From Pseudomonadota bacterium (lineage in GTDB: Bacteria; Pseudomonadota; Gammaproteobacteria; Acidiferrobacterales; UBA6901): a DNA stretch of 64,000 nucleotides. The notes beneath the pieces were generated by a model that was not told the DNA's origin, searched no databases, and saw only the letters and a program-made list of their open reading frames with translations. A program made the position numbers and the translations under genes. Location: assembly GCA_021819085.1 (NCBI GenBank), contig JAKASJ010000016.1, forward strand, positions 6,551 to 70,550. The letters are read 5' to 3'. Shown piece by piece: positions 23,765 to 34,670 of the stretch (position 1 is the stretch's first letter; every line of letters begins with the position of its first letter).

Positions 23765-24548
23765 TACCGCAGCGCCTTCTGCCGGGCAGACGCATCGAGT
23801 CTGGCGTTTCGCGAATGCTCGCATGAACCGCTGGACGCGCAGAGGCCATCTTGCCCATGCGAAGTCCGGGATATTTTGGGGAACCCGAGGCGCCAGAATG
23901 TCAGATTTTCCAGATCAGCACCGCACCTTAATGCCGGGATGGACGCGGGTGCCGCCACAATGCAGAACATGTACCGCAACTCGACGTTGCGGTCGTTCCA
24001 GCCCGGATACGTGCGGCGACAGGTGCTGCAGAATGCCCTTTCTGGTGCCGGTCGAGAGAGATGGTGTGCGCCTTCGGATCACGGAACACAACGTGCACCG
24101 TGGAGTGCGGCTGGGCGCACGGGGAATGCGCAGGCATCCTCCAGCCGGCGTTTGCGGTCGGGAGTATGCAGCGGGGAATCGTGCCAAATTTCGACAGCCG
24201 GTCAAAGCCGCCTGGCATCGTAAAGATACGGCCGGGTCACACCATCGGCCTGAATACCGCCCACGCGACTACGCGATTAGCCGCAGGGAATTGCAATCTT
24301 TTCGGGAGTGTTTGATCCGCCTTGGAACACCGCCGCAGCGTGTGTGATGGGGCGCGGTTTGTGAAGCCGTACGCAGCAAGCGATAATTCCGGGCGGCGGT
24401 GAGCCCGGATTCAGGGCGCGGGCCGAGCGGGTTGCAGACACAGGTATTCCGGCGCTGGCGGATCGTGCCGGCGGTCGGTACGAATATGATCGTGGAATTT
24501 TCATTGCTTCTGCCACGGACTTGCCCAGATAAGTCAAGGAGGCTCAAG

Positions 24549-25568
24549 ATGCAACTCGGTATGATCGGATTAGGACGTATGGGTGCCAATCTGGTGCGGC
24601 GCCTGACGAAGGATGGTCACGATTGCGTTGTCTACGATGTAAGCCCGGCCGCAGTAAAGGAAATCGCGGGTCGCGGCATTGAGGGCGCCGCTTCAATCAG
24701 CGAACTGGTCGCGAAACTGGCTAAACCACGTGCGGTCTGGATAATGGTTCCGGCAAGCGTGGCAGGCAAGACAGTCGAAGATCTGGCCGTGCGCATGGAT
24801 GCCGGTGACATCATTATCGACGGCGGTAATAGCTATTATCGTGACGATCTTCTGAGGGCGGAGGCGCTCAAGGCGAAGGGCATACATTACGTCGATTGCG
24901 GCACCAGCGGCGGGGTGTTTGGGCTGGAGCGCGGCTACTGTCTGATGATCGGGGGAGAGGACCAGATCGTCAAGCATCTGGATCCGGTCTTCAGGAGCAT
25001 CGCGCCTGGGATCGAGGCGGCGCCGCGCACCCCGGGCAGAAAGGGTACCGCCAGTCCCGCCGAGCACGGTTACCTGCATTGCGGCCCGACCGGCGCGGGC
25101 CACTTCGTCAAGATGGTCCACAACGGCATTGAGTATGGCCTGATGGCGGCTTATGCAGAAGGTCTGAATATCCTGCACAACGCCAACGCTGGAAAACGCA
25201 CCCTCGATAGCGATGCCGAAACCGCGCCGATGCGTAACCCGGAGCATTATCAATACGACTTGGACCTGTCTGCGATCGCAGAAGTCTGGCGGCGCGGCAG
25301 TGTGGTGACGTCGTGGCTCCTCGACCTGACGGCCGCGGCGCTGGTTAAGGACGCCGAGCTCACCGGGTATGCGGGGCATGTGTCGGATTCCGGTGAAGGG
25401 CGCTGGACCGCGCTTGCCGCCATCGACGAGGGCGTGCCTGCGCCGGTTATCAACGCGGCGCTATTTGCGCGCTTTGCATCGCGCGGCAACGGCGATTATG
25501 CCAACCGGATTTTGTCCGCAATGAGAAAGCAGTTTGGCGGGCATGATGAAAAGAAAAAAGAGCGCTGA
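24549..25568 (+). CDS. gnd: 6-phosphogluconate dehydrogenase, decarboxylating (short, about 340-aa type)
   Basis: [39 protein letters not shown] and [16 protein letters not shown] motifs. ATG at 24549 with AGGAGG upstream. Confidence 0.85.
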   Translation: MQLGMIGLGRMGANLVRRLTKDGHDCVVYDVSPAAVKEIAGRGIEGAASISELVAKLAKPRAVWIMVPASVAGKTVEDLAVRMDAGDIIIDGGNSYYRDDLLRAEALKAKGIHYVDCGTSGGVFGLERGYCLMIGGEDQIVKHLDPVFRSIAPGIEAAPRTPGRKGTASPAEHGYLHCGPTGAGHFVKMVHNGIEYGLMAAYAEGLNILHNANAGKRTLDSDAETAPMRNPEHYQYDLDLSAIAEVWRRGSVVTSWLLDLTAAALVKDAELTGYAGHVSDSGEGRWTALAAIDEGVPAPVINAALFARFASRGNGDYANRILSAMRKQFGGHDEKKKER

Positions 25569-26960
25569 CATGCGCAAGGACCACGGTTTGCCCGGAACCG
25601 TCCGGCATGCCCGGCAGCGGCAGTCCGGATCCTGAGCGCGATGACGTCCGGTTCGATCGGGCGGCGTGACTGCCGGCCTGGCTGGCGCGGCGGAGGTGGT
25701 CGGATTCCGCCTACGATCGGGCAGATGCGTACTCGATTCAGTGCGGACCGGCATGCGCCCGCGCGTGCCCATCTTCGGCGTTTCAGGCGGCGCTTCGGCG
25801 CGTTGCGCGCGAGGCGTCAGCGTTGCGCGGGCAGCGGGCACTGACATCGGGAACCTCGAGCATCCACAGACAAAACTCGAGGTCCCGGACCATGGCCGGG
25901 TGCGTGTGGGACAGGCTTGCCGGGAATACAAAACAGAGGGTATCCGGACAGGCGGTGCACGTTCCACAGGGCTGCGGCTGTTTTTCCCCCTGCCAGTGTG
26001 CGGCCGCAATGCCCAGCAGCCGGTATATCCAGTTAGAAGGACGAACCCGTTGCTTCCCGGAACCAAACGCCACGAACCCTGCTGGATCTCTCATCGCGGA
26101 TCACCGTGTGTCGAGCGGTCACGTGCTCTCGCGGTGATTAAAAGCAAACCCCGTGCCACCGGATAACATCATTTGTAAACAATGGGTTGTGAGATAGTTG
26201 GGCGAATTTCTTTCCTGATTCTGCACCATAGACAGGAAAGTCTCGATGTCTTTGGACATTGTTGGTGCAGCTTTGCATATTGCGGTGCGGGCAGCCTGCG
26301 GCGAAGGGACATCAGCCTGGTGCCGGTGGCGATCGGGGTAGCGGGGCGAGAGGCGATGCATGGGCACTGGGAATCGACGCTGTCAGTGTGACCAGGACAA
26401 GCCCCGCAACGGCCGACGTATTGAGCAGCCTGCCGGTATCCCGCCATTTTGGGTAGTCCGGCAGCCCACCGGCCACGTGCAGTGCCGGCAGGCAGCCCCG
26501 GATGCAGAGGATGGCTGTGCAACGAACGATGCGTGACCAGACCGGGTTATGCCAAGTCGCGGCCGGCGCTGCAAGCGCCGGGACCGGTGTTTGTCCTAGT
26601 CTGGCCTTGCCGGATTGCGCCCCGCCTGGGCGGTCTGGAGATTGATTCCGTCGCCGGCCAACGCGACCGCGCGACGGATGTCGCCGTTGTCGGACCGCCT
26701 GGATGGACGCATGGTCGCTTCATGTACGGCGCCGTCCGGATCAGACTTCCAGGCATCGCCACCGGATAGGCAAGCGCCGGAGAGTGCCGGATGATGTGCC
26801 AGGTCCGCGACATGCTTCGGCATGCCCCGATATTTTGGTTAAATGGGCGAGGCGCACATCACCAATCCGTCATTGGGCCGACGTGACCGATGCCGCGCGG
26901 CCTGTCCGCCGGGTGTCCGCCCCGGGCATGGTCCGCAGACTGCTGGCCGCAATCCGTTTC

Positions 26961-29900
26961 TTATCGCTTGCCGCGCGTGGGTTTGCGCAAAGGGTTGCCG
27001 GTGTCCGAGGAGGCTTTGCTGCGCGTGACCCGGTGATTGCGCTGCAGCAGCCTGGTCATTTTTTCGGAACTCAGCGGCTTGCTGAAGTGGTATCCCTGCA
27101 TACCGTCACATCGATGCGTGCGCATGAACGCGCGCTGTGCCGATGTTTCCACGCCCTCGGCGATCACGCGAATTCCGAGACTGTGGGCCATGGCAATGAT
27201 GGCCTGTGCGATCGCGGCATCGTTCGGATCCGTGGGAATGTCGCGCACGAACGAGCGGTCGATCTTGAGCGCATCGATAGGAAAGCGCTTGAGATAGGAG
27301 AGCGAGGAGTATCCGGTACCGAAATCGTCCATGGTAAAGACCACGCCCAGGCCGTGCAGCCGTTTCATGGTGGCGAGTGTTTCATTGGTATTGTGCAGCA
27401 AGATGCTTTCGGTCAGCTCCAGATCCAGATATAGCGGGTCGAGCCCGGTTTCTTTCAGGACTGCTTCTACCACCTTCGCCAGATTGTGATTCTGGAACTG
27501 GCGCCCGGAAAGATTCACCGCGATCCGGAAGTTGTGGAATCCGGCGATGCGCCACGCCTGGGCTTGGCGGCAGGCGGTGCGCAATACCCATTCACCGATC
27601 GGAATGATGAGTCCGGTTTCCTCGGCCAGCGGTATGAATTTCAGCGGCGGTACCAGACCCATTTCCGGGTGCCGCCAGCGCAGCAGGGCTTCCGCGCCGG
27701 TGATTTTTCCGGTTGCGAAATCAACCTGCGGCTGGTAGTACACTGTCAGCTCGTTGCGATCCAGCGTGTGGCGCAGTGCGGTTTCGAGCTGCAGCCGCTG
27801 AACCGTGCGGCGATTGAGTTCGGTCGTGTAGAACTGGAAAGTATTACGGCCGAGTTCCTTGGCGTGATACATGGCGGCATCGGCATTGCGCAGCAGGCTG
27901 TCCAGATCGCTGTCGTCGAACGGATACAGTGTGATGCCGATGCTGGCGCTTATGAACATTTCTCGCCCGCCGATCAGGAAAGGCGGCATGAAACTGTCGA
28001 TGAGTTTCTGCGCCAGGCGTGCTGCATCATCCACGTGCGCAATATTGGCCAGTACGACGGTGAACTCATCGCCACCGAGGCGCGCGATCGTGTCGCCGGC
28101 GCGGACGCAGTCCGTCAGGCGGCTGGCCACTTCCCTGAGCAGCGCATCGCCCATTTCATGACCAAGCGTATCGTTGATGATCTTGAAGCGGTCCAGGTCG
28201 AGAAACAGCAGCGCCACCATGCGCTCGCGCCGCCTGGCATCGAGCATCGCCTGGCTTAGGCGGTCCTGGAGAAGAATGCGGTTGGGAAGACCCGTGAGCG
28301 GGTCGTAGTGCGCGAGATAGTGGAGCCGTTCGCGCGTTTCGCGGTGTTCGGTGATGTCCTCCGTGACACCCAGGAGATACTGAATTTGTCCATCCCGGTC
28401 CTTTACCGGGATGAGCTGCGAGTCGAAATTTCGTCCGGTGATCGTGACGAACTGAAATTGGCATGATGTTCCCTGCAGCGCCTCATTGAGAAGGCCATGA
28501 ATGCGTGCACGGTCGGGTTCGCTTACCGATGCGAGCATTTCGGTTCCGCAGACCTCGTCTTCCTTTGTCGCGCCGAGCATGTACAGACCGGCGTGGTTGA
28601 TGCTCGTGATCCGGCCATTCGAGTCGATGGTGTGGATGGAAAGCGGGATGTTTTGCACGACACCGCGAAAGCGTTCTTCACTCGTGCGCAGTGCTTCCTC
28701 GGCCAGAACGCGCTCGGTTATGTCCTTTCCGGTGGATACGAAATGCGTGATGTGGCCATCCAGGCTCTTGAGTGGTGTTATGGTTTTCTCTTCGTAATAC
28801 AGCGATCCGTCTTTCTTGCGGTTGATAAATCGATCGCGGAATGCCCGGCCATCCAGAATCGTCGTCCACATCCGGTCAAAGAACGCCTTGTCGTGCTGCC
28901 CCCTATCGAGAATCTGCAGACTTTTGCCGATCGTCTCGTCACGTGCGTATCCCGTCACCGCTTCATGGGCGGGGTTGACGTACTGGATGATGCCGCGGCG
29001 GTCAGTGATGACGACGGAATCGGCGGTTTGCTCGATGACGCTCGAAAGCTCGCGCATGTGCAGTTCGGCGGCTTTGCGTGCGCTGATGTCCTCGATTACG
29101 GAAATGACATATTTCGGACCGTGCAGATCCCGCACGACCGAGACAGTCAGATTCGCCCAGACCAGGGAGCCGTCCTTTCGGTAATAGCGTCTTTCGGTCG
29201 AACAGGTCGAGATTTCGCCGGCCAGTATACGGCGGTCGGACTCGCGGTCGGCTTCCAGGTCCTCGAGATGGGTGAGGCCCTGGAAGGTGCGCTCGAGCAC
29301 TTCCGCCTGCGTATAACCCAGTATGTCGCAGAATTTCTGATTGACGCGCAGAAACCGGCCGTCGAGCGCGACGTGTGCAATTCCCACGGCGGCCTGACTG
29401 AACGTCGCACTGAAGCGCTCTTCGCTCTCGCGCATGGTTTCAGACGCGCGCCGACGTTCGACCTCCGCGGCAGCGCGATCGGCGCAAAGCCGCAAAACGA
29501 GTTCGATGTGTTCTTTGTCGGCAATCGCCTTCCCGTGCATGGCAACGAGCAAGCCGATGACCTGTCCGGCGGAGTCGAATAGCGGATGACCGATGAATGC
29601 CTCGGCGCGACAGCACCGGATGAGTTCGTCACCTGAGTAATGTGTCCGGGCGTTGTCCGGAAAATGACATACAACGCTGGATTCCACGCGTCCGCATGGC
29701 GTATCCGGATGAAGATGGTAGTCAATGTTGTCAACGAGGCTGCCGTGATCACAGAATGCGATAGTGCGGATGACGTCGGGATCTTTCGGTACCGGTTCGC
29801 CTACGAAGACGTAGTCCACCCCGAGAACGCGTGACAGGTTTAGCACCAGATTCGGCAGGAAGTTATCACCGCTCGTCCCCGACAGCGCCTGGGAGACTTC

Positions 29901-30467
29901 CTGCAGCGTGTTGCTCGCTCGTGCCTGAGCGGCCTCGGCGCGGTGACAGGCGATCAGGAGGGCGAATGTGTCCGCGTAACATTTAGCCAGAATTTCATCA
30001 TTGTCGTCGAAAGATTCCCCGCTGGTTTTCTCGCTGAGAAGAAAGTGCCCGTAATGGTGGTTCCTTTGCGCGATCGGTACCGCAAGCAGCGATTTCATGG
30101 GCGGATGGTGGAGCGGGAATCCTGTAAAGCGGGGATCCCGGGAAATGTCGTCGAGGCGCAGGGTTTCAGTGTCCGTGATTGCGGTCAGCAGCCCTTGGCC
30201 GCGCGGTGGATGCCCGATGCGGCTCGCCGTGGCGGCCGCCAGGCCGGTGGAAATGAACTGCCTGATTCCATCCCCTTCCAGGATTGCGATGGCGCCATAG
30301 CGTACTCCGATGAGCGCAGTCAGCGACTCGATGCCATGACGCAGCACGTCATCTTCAGGCATGCATGTGACCGGCAGTGTCTGCAGTTTGAGCAACGCTT
30401 CGTGCAGCCTCTGCAACTGTGCCGTGCCAGTGTCGTTCTGAAATGACGGGATCGAGCTGAAAGGCAT
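26961..30467 (-). CDS. multidomain c-di-GMP signalling protein (GAF-GAF-PAS x3-GGDEF-EAL)
   Basis: 1168 aa. It has N-terminal GAF-like regions, three PAS/PAC-like repeats, the diguanylate cyclase motif RLGGDEFTVVL, and an EAL domain (EALLRW..., DDFGTGYSSLSYL, IAEGVET). Confidence 0.9.
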   Translation of the reverse strand: MPFSSIPSFQNDTGTAQLQRLHEALLKLQTLPVTCMPEDDVLRHGIESLTALIGVRYGAIAILEGDGIRQFISTGLAAATASRIGHPPRGQGLLTAITDTETLRLDDISRDPRFTGFPLHHPPMKSLLAVPIAQRNHHYGHFLLSEKTSGESFDDNDEILAKCYADTFALLIACHRAEAAQARASNTLQEVSQALSGTSGDNFLPNLVLNLSRVLGVDYVFVGEPVPKDPDVIRTIAFCDHGSLVDNIDYHLHPDTPCGRVESSVVCHFPDNARTHYSGDELIRCCRAEAFIGHPLFDSAGQVIGLLVAMHGKAIADKEHIELVLRLCADRAAAEVERRRASETMRESEERFSATFSQAAVGIAHVALDGRFLRVNQKFCDILGYTQAEVLERTFQGLTHLEDLEADRESDRRILAGEISTCSTERRYYRKDGSLVWANLTVSVVRDLHGPKYVISVIEDISARKAAELHMRELSSVIEQTADSVVITDRRGIIQYVNPAHEAVTGYARDETIGKSLQILDRGQHDKAFFDRMWTTILDGRAFRDRFINRKKDGSLYYEEKTITPLKSLDGHITHFVSTGKDITERVLAEEALRTSEERFRGVVQNIPLSIHTIDSNGRITSINHAGLYMLGATKEDEVCGTEMLASVSEPDRARIHGLLNEALQGTSCQFQFVTITGRNFDSQLIPVKDRDGQIQYLLGVTEDITEHRETRERLHYLAHYDPLTGLPNRILLQDRLSQAMLDARRRERMVALLFLDLDRFKIINDTLGHEMGDALLREVASRLTDCVRAGDTIARLGGDEFTVVLANIAHVDDAARLAQKLIDSFMPPFLIGGREMFISASIGITLYPFDDSDLDSLLRNADAAMYHAKELGRNTFQFYTTELNRRTVQRLQLETALRHTLDRNELTVYYQPQVDFATGKITGAEALLRWRHPEMGLVPPLKFIPLAEETGLIIPIGEWVLRTACRQAQAWRIAGFHNFRIAVNLSGRQFQNHNLAKVVEAVLKETGLDPLYLDLELTESILLHNTNETLATMKRLHGLGVVFTMDDFGTGYSSLSYLKRFPIDALKIDRSFVRDIPTDPNDAAIAQAIIAMAHSLGIRVIAEGVETSAQRAFMRTHRCDGMQGYHFSKPLSSEKMTRLLQRNHRVTRSKASSDTGNPLRKPTRGKR

Positions 30468-32212
30468 CGTCGCGGCGTCAGACGAATTTCGTCAGATTCA
30501 AGGAGACGAGGTGCATGATCGGGTCCGTCTTCCTGACAACCTTATAATTAGATAACTTGGTTTGGGAGCGTCCAGCCGCTTCCCTTGGATTTCCGGTGCG
30601 GCTGGCGGACTCAACGTATTATATGGAGCAAATTCCATGCCAAGGACTGACCGGAACTCGGGCGTCCGTGGCAGATTCAGCAAGGCCTGTCAGCTTCCCG
30701 TGGCCTTTGGCTGGCGCAAGAAATCGGGCATTTCCACGGACGCAGTCACCAGACGCCAAGTCAGAGCAATCCCGTCTCGCCCGTAACCCGGTCGAAGAAG
30801 GTTCTCGGCCGGATATCGCGGGGTCGACGGCGTTAGCCGGGCGGACCGGATGCGGATAAAAGCCTGAAAGCCCACTGACCACCGCGGCACGATGCGGCAG
30901 CTGCCTTCGCGGGTCCCGAAAACCGGCCGGACCCGTCAGGCTGCGCCTGCCCATGAGCCGTCGTCAGTTCCAATGCCTGCACGCATCGGGACGGGACCTG
31001 CGGCATCGAGCCCAGGCGTGTCGTTTAAGCGTAGCGTGTCAGCGCAGCGAAATGAAGGTCAAGAAACGCGGATGCGGTGAGCCAGTCGACGGCTTGTTTC
31101 AACCACCGGCATGGGCAGGCCGACCGGTACCGCGCTGTCATGTCGATACGGAATGTGCTGTGCCACCATTCGTGCGCGGCGAGTTTTGCAGCTGCCACCG
31201 ATGCCTGAAACCCGCCCTAATCGCATTGGCTCGAAGCGTATTGTCAACGACATCGTTGTGGATTGCTGTTCTTCGGTTGAGCGTGCAACCCGAAATGAGC
31301 ACCTTGAGTGTCACGCCGGTGATTGGCGAAGCAGAACCGCTGGCGACAAAGATGAATGACGAGGAAGACGCGGGAAGTGGCTGCGAAATTTTTTTTGAAT
31401 CTCGAAGAGCTGATACGGAAAACGCTGCTTCCCGGCGAGCATAAAGCCGATGCTCGCGCCCGGCAAATTTGTCCCCTACATCAGGCGGCGCCAGAGGCGG
31501 GGTGGCATGCTTTTTTTCGGGATTCAACGCACAGGAGACAGGGGAGCTTGAAAGGCAATCATATCCGTCGCTGCCGGAAGAGTTTGAATCTGTCCTCTCC
31601 AGCGCAAATGGTGCATCTTTCTTTCCCCGCATGATCGACCTGTGGGGTCTGAGAAAACCCGAAGCCCGAAGGCTGGCGAAGCAGGGCAAGCATTTTTCCT
31701 TAGTATCCCTGAATAGGGACCACGAAAGGCCAGAAAATTCTGCGCCCGATACTTTTTTTCCGCCAACTGCAGCGCCGGCGTGGCAGTCCGTGTGCTCCGG
31801 TTCCGCAATTCAGTGCACACGGATTCGCGGGTCACCCGGACCGGTATCCGCCGGTCGCCTGCCGCGGTGGTTGTCCCGAACGGAGAGGGCGCCTGTGGAT
31901 GGGGCGGCGAGCGCAAGTTGACCTGCGCCGCCGGTTGTTTGTCGAACGGTGTTTGCGAACGGGCGCGCCATTCGCGACCTGGCCGTTTGTGCGGGAAAGT
32001 GGGGTATCAATCCGGCCGATTGTTCCGGATCCACGGTTATCGTGGAGCTGAGCGATACGTGTGAAATCCGGTGCCAGCGGATGCGGAAAAAAGGGGGCTA
32101 AATACGGAGTTTTATGGGATAATATCGCTGAAAAACCGGCAGTAACAATGCTCAAGCCTTTGATTGCCGGTATTCAAGGGAGTAATGCGGCAAAATGGAC
32201 ACAACAAAAATA

Positions 32213-32299
32213 TGGTACCGAGGAGAGGACTTGAACCTCCACGGGGTCACCCCCACTAGCACCTGAAGCTAGCGCGTCTACCAGTTCCGCCACCTCGGC
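32213..32299 (-). tRNA. tRNA-Leu (anticodon CAG)
   Basis: 87-nt cloverleaf read by eye on the minus strand: GCCGAGGTGGCGGAACTGGTAGACGCGCTAGCTTCAGGTGCTAGTGGGGGTGACCCCGTGGAGGTTCAAGTCCTCTCCTCGGTACCA. It has a 7-bp acceptor stem, anticodon loop TTCAGGT, the long variable arm typical of Leu, and an encoded CCA. Confidence 0.9.
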
Positions 32300-32367
32300 A
32301 TCTGTCCGATCCCAGGAAAGGTTGTGGGATCAGGTCAGGCGGCGCACTCTACCGAGAGAAGAAATTC

Positions 32368-34668
32368 ATGTCAAACCGCGTATCCGGCGAGCCCAAAGCG
32401 CCGGTTGATCCAATGGCCGAGCGCGAAGCGCAGAAGTACGAGTTTCCCGTTCCCAGTCGCGAGGCGGTACTGGCACATCTTGCGCAGCGTGGCGAGCCGC
32501 TTTCCCTGAAGTTTCTTGCAAGCGAGCTTGGCGTCGATGGCGAGCGTGACATCGAGGCATTCGGACGCCGTCTGCGTGCCATGGAAAGGGATGGCCAGTT
32601 GCTGAAGAACCGGCGTGGCCGCTACGGCCTGCTGCAAAAAATGGATATGGTGCGCGGGCGGGTCGTCGGACACCCGGACGGTTTCGGGTTCCTGATCCCG
32701 GACGAAGGCGGTGCAGATCTGTTTCTGCCGCCGAAGGAAATGCGTGCGGTGCTGCATGGAGACCGGGTGGTGGCGCGTGTGGCCGGCATCGATGTCCGCG
32801 GGCGCAGGGAAGGAACGGTCGTCGAAGTTCTGGAACGCGCCAACGCGGTGATCGTCGGGCGCTACAGCAGCGAGAACCGCATCAGTTTCGTGGTTCCTTC
32901 TGACAAACGCATCAGCCAGGAGATCCTTATCCCGCCGGGCGACGATCTGGGCGCGCGTGACGGCCAGATCGTGGTCGCTGCCGTCACCGAACCGCCGACT
33001 TCCCGCAGCCGGCCGGTCGGACGCATTGCCGAGGTGCTCGGCGATCACATGGCGCCCGGGATGGAAGTCGAGGTCGCTATACGCATGTACGACCTGCCGC
33101 ACAACTGGCCCGACGTGGTCCTGGACGAGACTTCCGGTCTGTCGCCGGAGGTTCCGCCGGGCTCGAAGGAAGGCAGGGAAGACCTGCGTTCGGTTCCGCT
33201 CGTGACGATCGATGGCGAGGATGCGCGTGATTTTGACGATGCCGTGTTCTGCGAGCGCCAGGGGCGCGCCTTCCGGCTGATCGTCGCGATCGCCGACGTA
33301 TCATCCTACGTTCTGCCTGGCAGCGCGCTCGATGCCGAAGCCTACCGGCGCGGAAATTCGGTATATTTTCCGAATCACGTGATACCGATGCTGCCCGAGA
33401 TCCTGTCCAACGGCCTGTGCTCGCTCAATCCCGAGGTCGATCGTCTTTGCGTTGCATGTGAAATGCATATCGGAGCAGGCGGGAAAATCGAGGATTACCG
33501 GTTTTTCCGCGCTGTCATGCGGTCCCATGCGCGTCTGACCTATACCCAGGTGGCAGCGATGCTCGTCGATCAGGATGCCGAACTGCAGCGCCGCTATGCC
33601 GCACTGCAGCCGCACCTCGACGATCTGTACGCACTGTACAAGGTTCTGCACAAGGCGCGGGCTGCGCGCGGGGCGGTCGATTTCGAGCTGCCGGAAACCC
33701 GTATAATCTATGATGAGCAGCGCAAGATTGAACGCATCGTGCCGCTGGTACGAAACGATGCCCATCGGATCATCGAGGAGTGCATGCTCGCGGCAAATGT
33801 CAGTGCTGCCGAACTGCTCGCCCGCCACAAAAAGGCTGTGCCGTTCCGCGTGCATGCGGGCCCGACGGCCGAGAAGCTTGCCGCGCTGCGCGAATTTCTG
33901 TTCGAGCTGGGACTGAGTCTCGGCGGCGGTGACGAGCCGAAGGCGCGCGACTATGCACGGTTGCTGCTTTCTGTCGAGGGACGCCCGGATGCCAGACTTG
34001 TCCACACCGTGATGCTGCGCAGCCTGAGTCAGGCACTGTATACCCCCGACAACATCGGGCATTTCGCGCTCGGCTATCCGAACTATGCCCATTTCACCTC
34101 GCCCATACGTCGCTATCCCGACCTGCTGGTGCATCGTGCGATCAGCGAAGTGCTCGAGCGCCGGTCCAGCACCGTAAGTCTGGCCGAGGCCCAGGTCCAG
34201 GGCGAGCATTTCTCGATGACCGAGCGGCGTGCGGATGAGGCCACCCGCGAAGTCGTGCGCTGGCTCAAGACGGAATTCATGGTGGCCAAAGTCGGTGAAC
34301 TGTTCAATGGCATCATCAGCGGCGTCACGAACTTCGGACTTTTTGTGGAGCTCGAAGACGTTTACGTCGACGGACTTGTCCACATTACCGCTCTGGGCAA
34401 CGACTACTACCATTTTGACGCATCCAGGCACCGCCTCGTGGGGGACCGAACCCGGCGGGTATTCCGGCTCGGCGACCCGGTGCGGGTGCGCGTCGTACGG
34501 GTGGACCTCGACGAGGCCAAGATAGATTTCGAGCTTGTTGATGAGGGCGCGCCGCCGCTGCAACCGGAGCGGAGCACACGCAAGGTGCGGCGTACACCGC
34601 AGCGCACTGCGCAGAAGGCCCAGCGCCGTGGTCCGGCGGGCAAGAAGGCTCCGCGCCGGGCGAAGTAG
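32368..34668 (+). CDS. rnr: ribonuclease R
   Basis: 766 aa. Cold-shock/OB N-terminus, RNB domain (TIDGEDARDFDDAV, HFALGY..YAHFTSPIRRYPDL), an S1 domain and a basic C-terminal tail. Confidence 0.95.
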   Translation: MSNRVSGEPKAPVDPMAEREAQKYEFPVPSREAVLAHLAQRGEPLSLKFLASELGVDGERDIEAFGRRLRAMERDGQLLKNRRGRYGLLQKMDMVRGRVVGHPDGFGFLIPDEGGADLFLPPKEMRAVLHGDRVVARVAGIDVRGRREGTVVEVLERANAVIVGRYSSENRISFVVPSDKRISQEILIPPGDDLGARDGQIVVAAVTEPPTSRSRPVGRIAEVLGDHMAPGMEVEVAIRMYDLPHNWPDVVLDETSGLSPEVPPGSKEGREDLRSVPLVTIDGEDARDFDDAVFCERQGRAFRLIVAIADVSSYVLPGSALDAEAYRRGNSVYFPNHVIPMLPEILSNGLCSLNPEVDRLCVACEMHIGAGGKIEDYRFFRAVMRSHARLTYTQVAAMLVDQDAELQRRYAALQPHLDDLYALYKVLHKARAARGAVDFELPETRIIYDEQRKIERIVPLVRNDAHRIIEECMLAANVSAAELLARHKKAVPFRVHAGPTAEKLAALREFLFELGLSLGGGDEPKARDYARLLLSVEGRPDARLVHTVMLRSLSQALYTPDNIGHFALGYPNYAHFTSPIRRYPDLLVHRAISEVLERRSSTVSLAEAQVQGEHFSMTERRADEATREVVRWLKTEFMVAKVGELFNGIISGVTNFGLFVELEDVYVDGLVHITALGNDYYHFDASRHRLVGDRTRRVFRLGDPVRVRVVRVDLDEAKIDFELVDEGAPPLQPERSTRKVRRTPQRTAQKAQRRGPAGKKAPRRAK

Positions 34669-34670
34669 CC

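Noticed and set aside
23765-24548. Possible frameshifted gene remnant between tkt and gnd (minus-strand fragments such as GILQHLSPHVSGLERPQRRVAVHVLHCGGTRVHPG)
   Set aside because: No family could be recognised, and the fragments are Arg/Pro/Gly-rich as expected from random GC-rich sequence. It is kept only as part of the block-level observation.
25569-26960. Remnant of zwf/pgl next to gnd, plus small ORFs (46-aa MSKDIETFLSMVQNQERNSPNYL… at about 26119-26260 minus; 75-aa MPKHVADLAHHPALSG… at 26596-26823 minus)
   Set aside because: No GATGDLA or RIDHYLGKE-type Zwf motifs appear in any frame. The small ORFs lack convincing SD sequences and any recognisable family, so they are only covered under the low-density-block finding.
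26703-27434. 243-aa plus-strand ORF overlapping the 3' part of the GGDEF-EAL gene
   Set aside because: It is antisense to a clear EAL domain and shows no motifs.
32213-32299. Direct repeat of the tRNA-Leu 3' end (att-like) marking the far edge of an island, and an adjacent integrase
   Set aside because: By-eye scanning of 20-32 kb found only a 7-nt match (ggtaccg at about 31133) and no tyrosine-recombinase motifs near the tRNA. This needs a computational repeat search and cannot be claimed.
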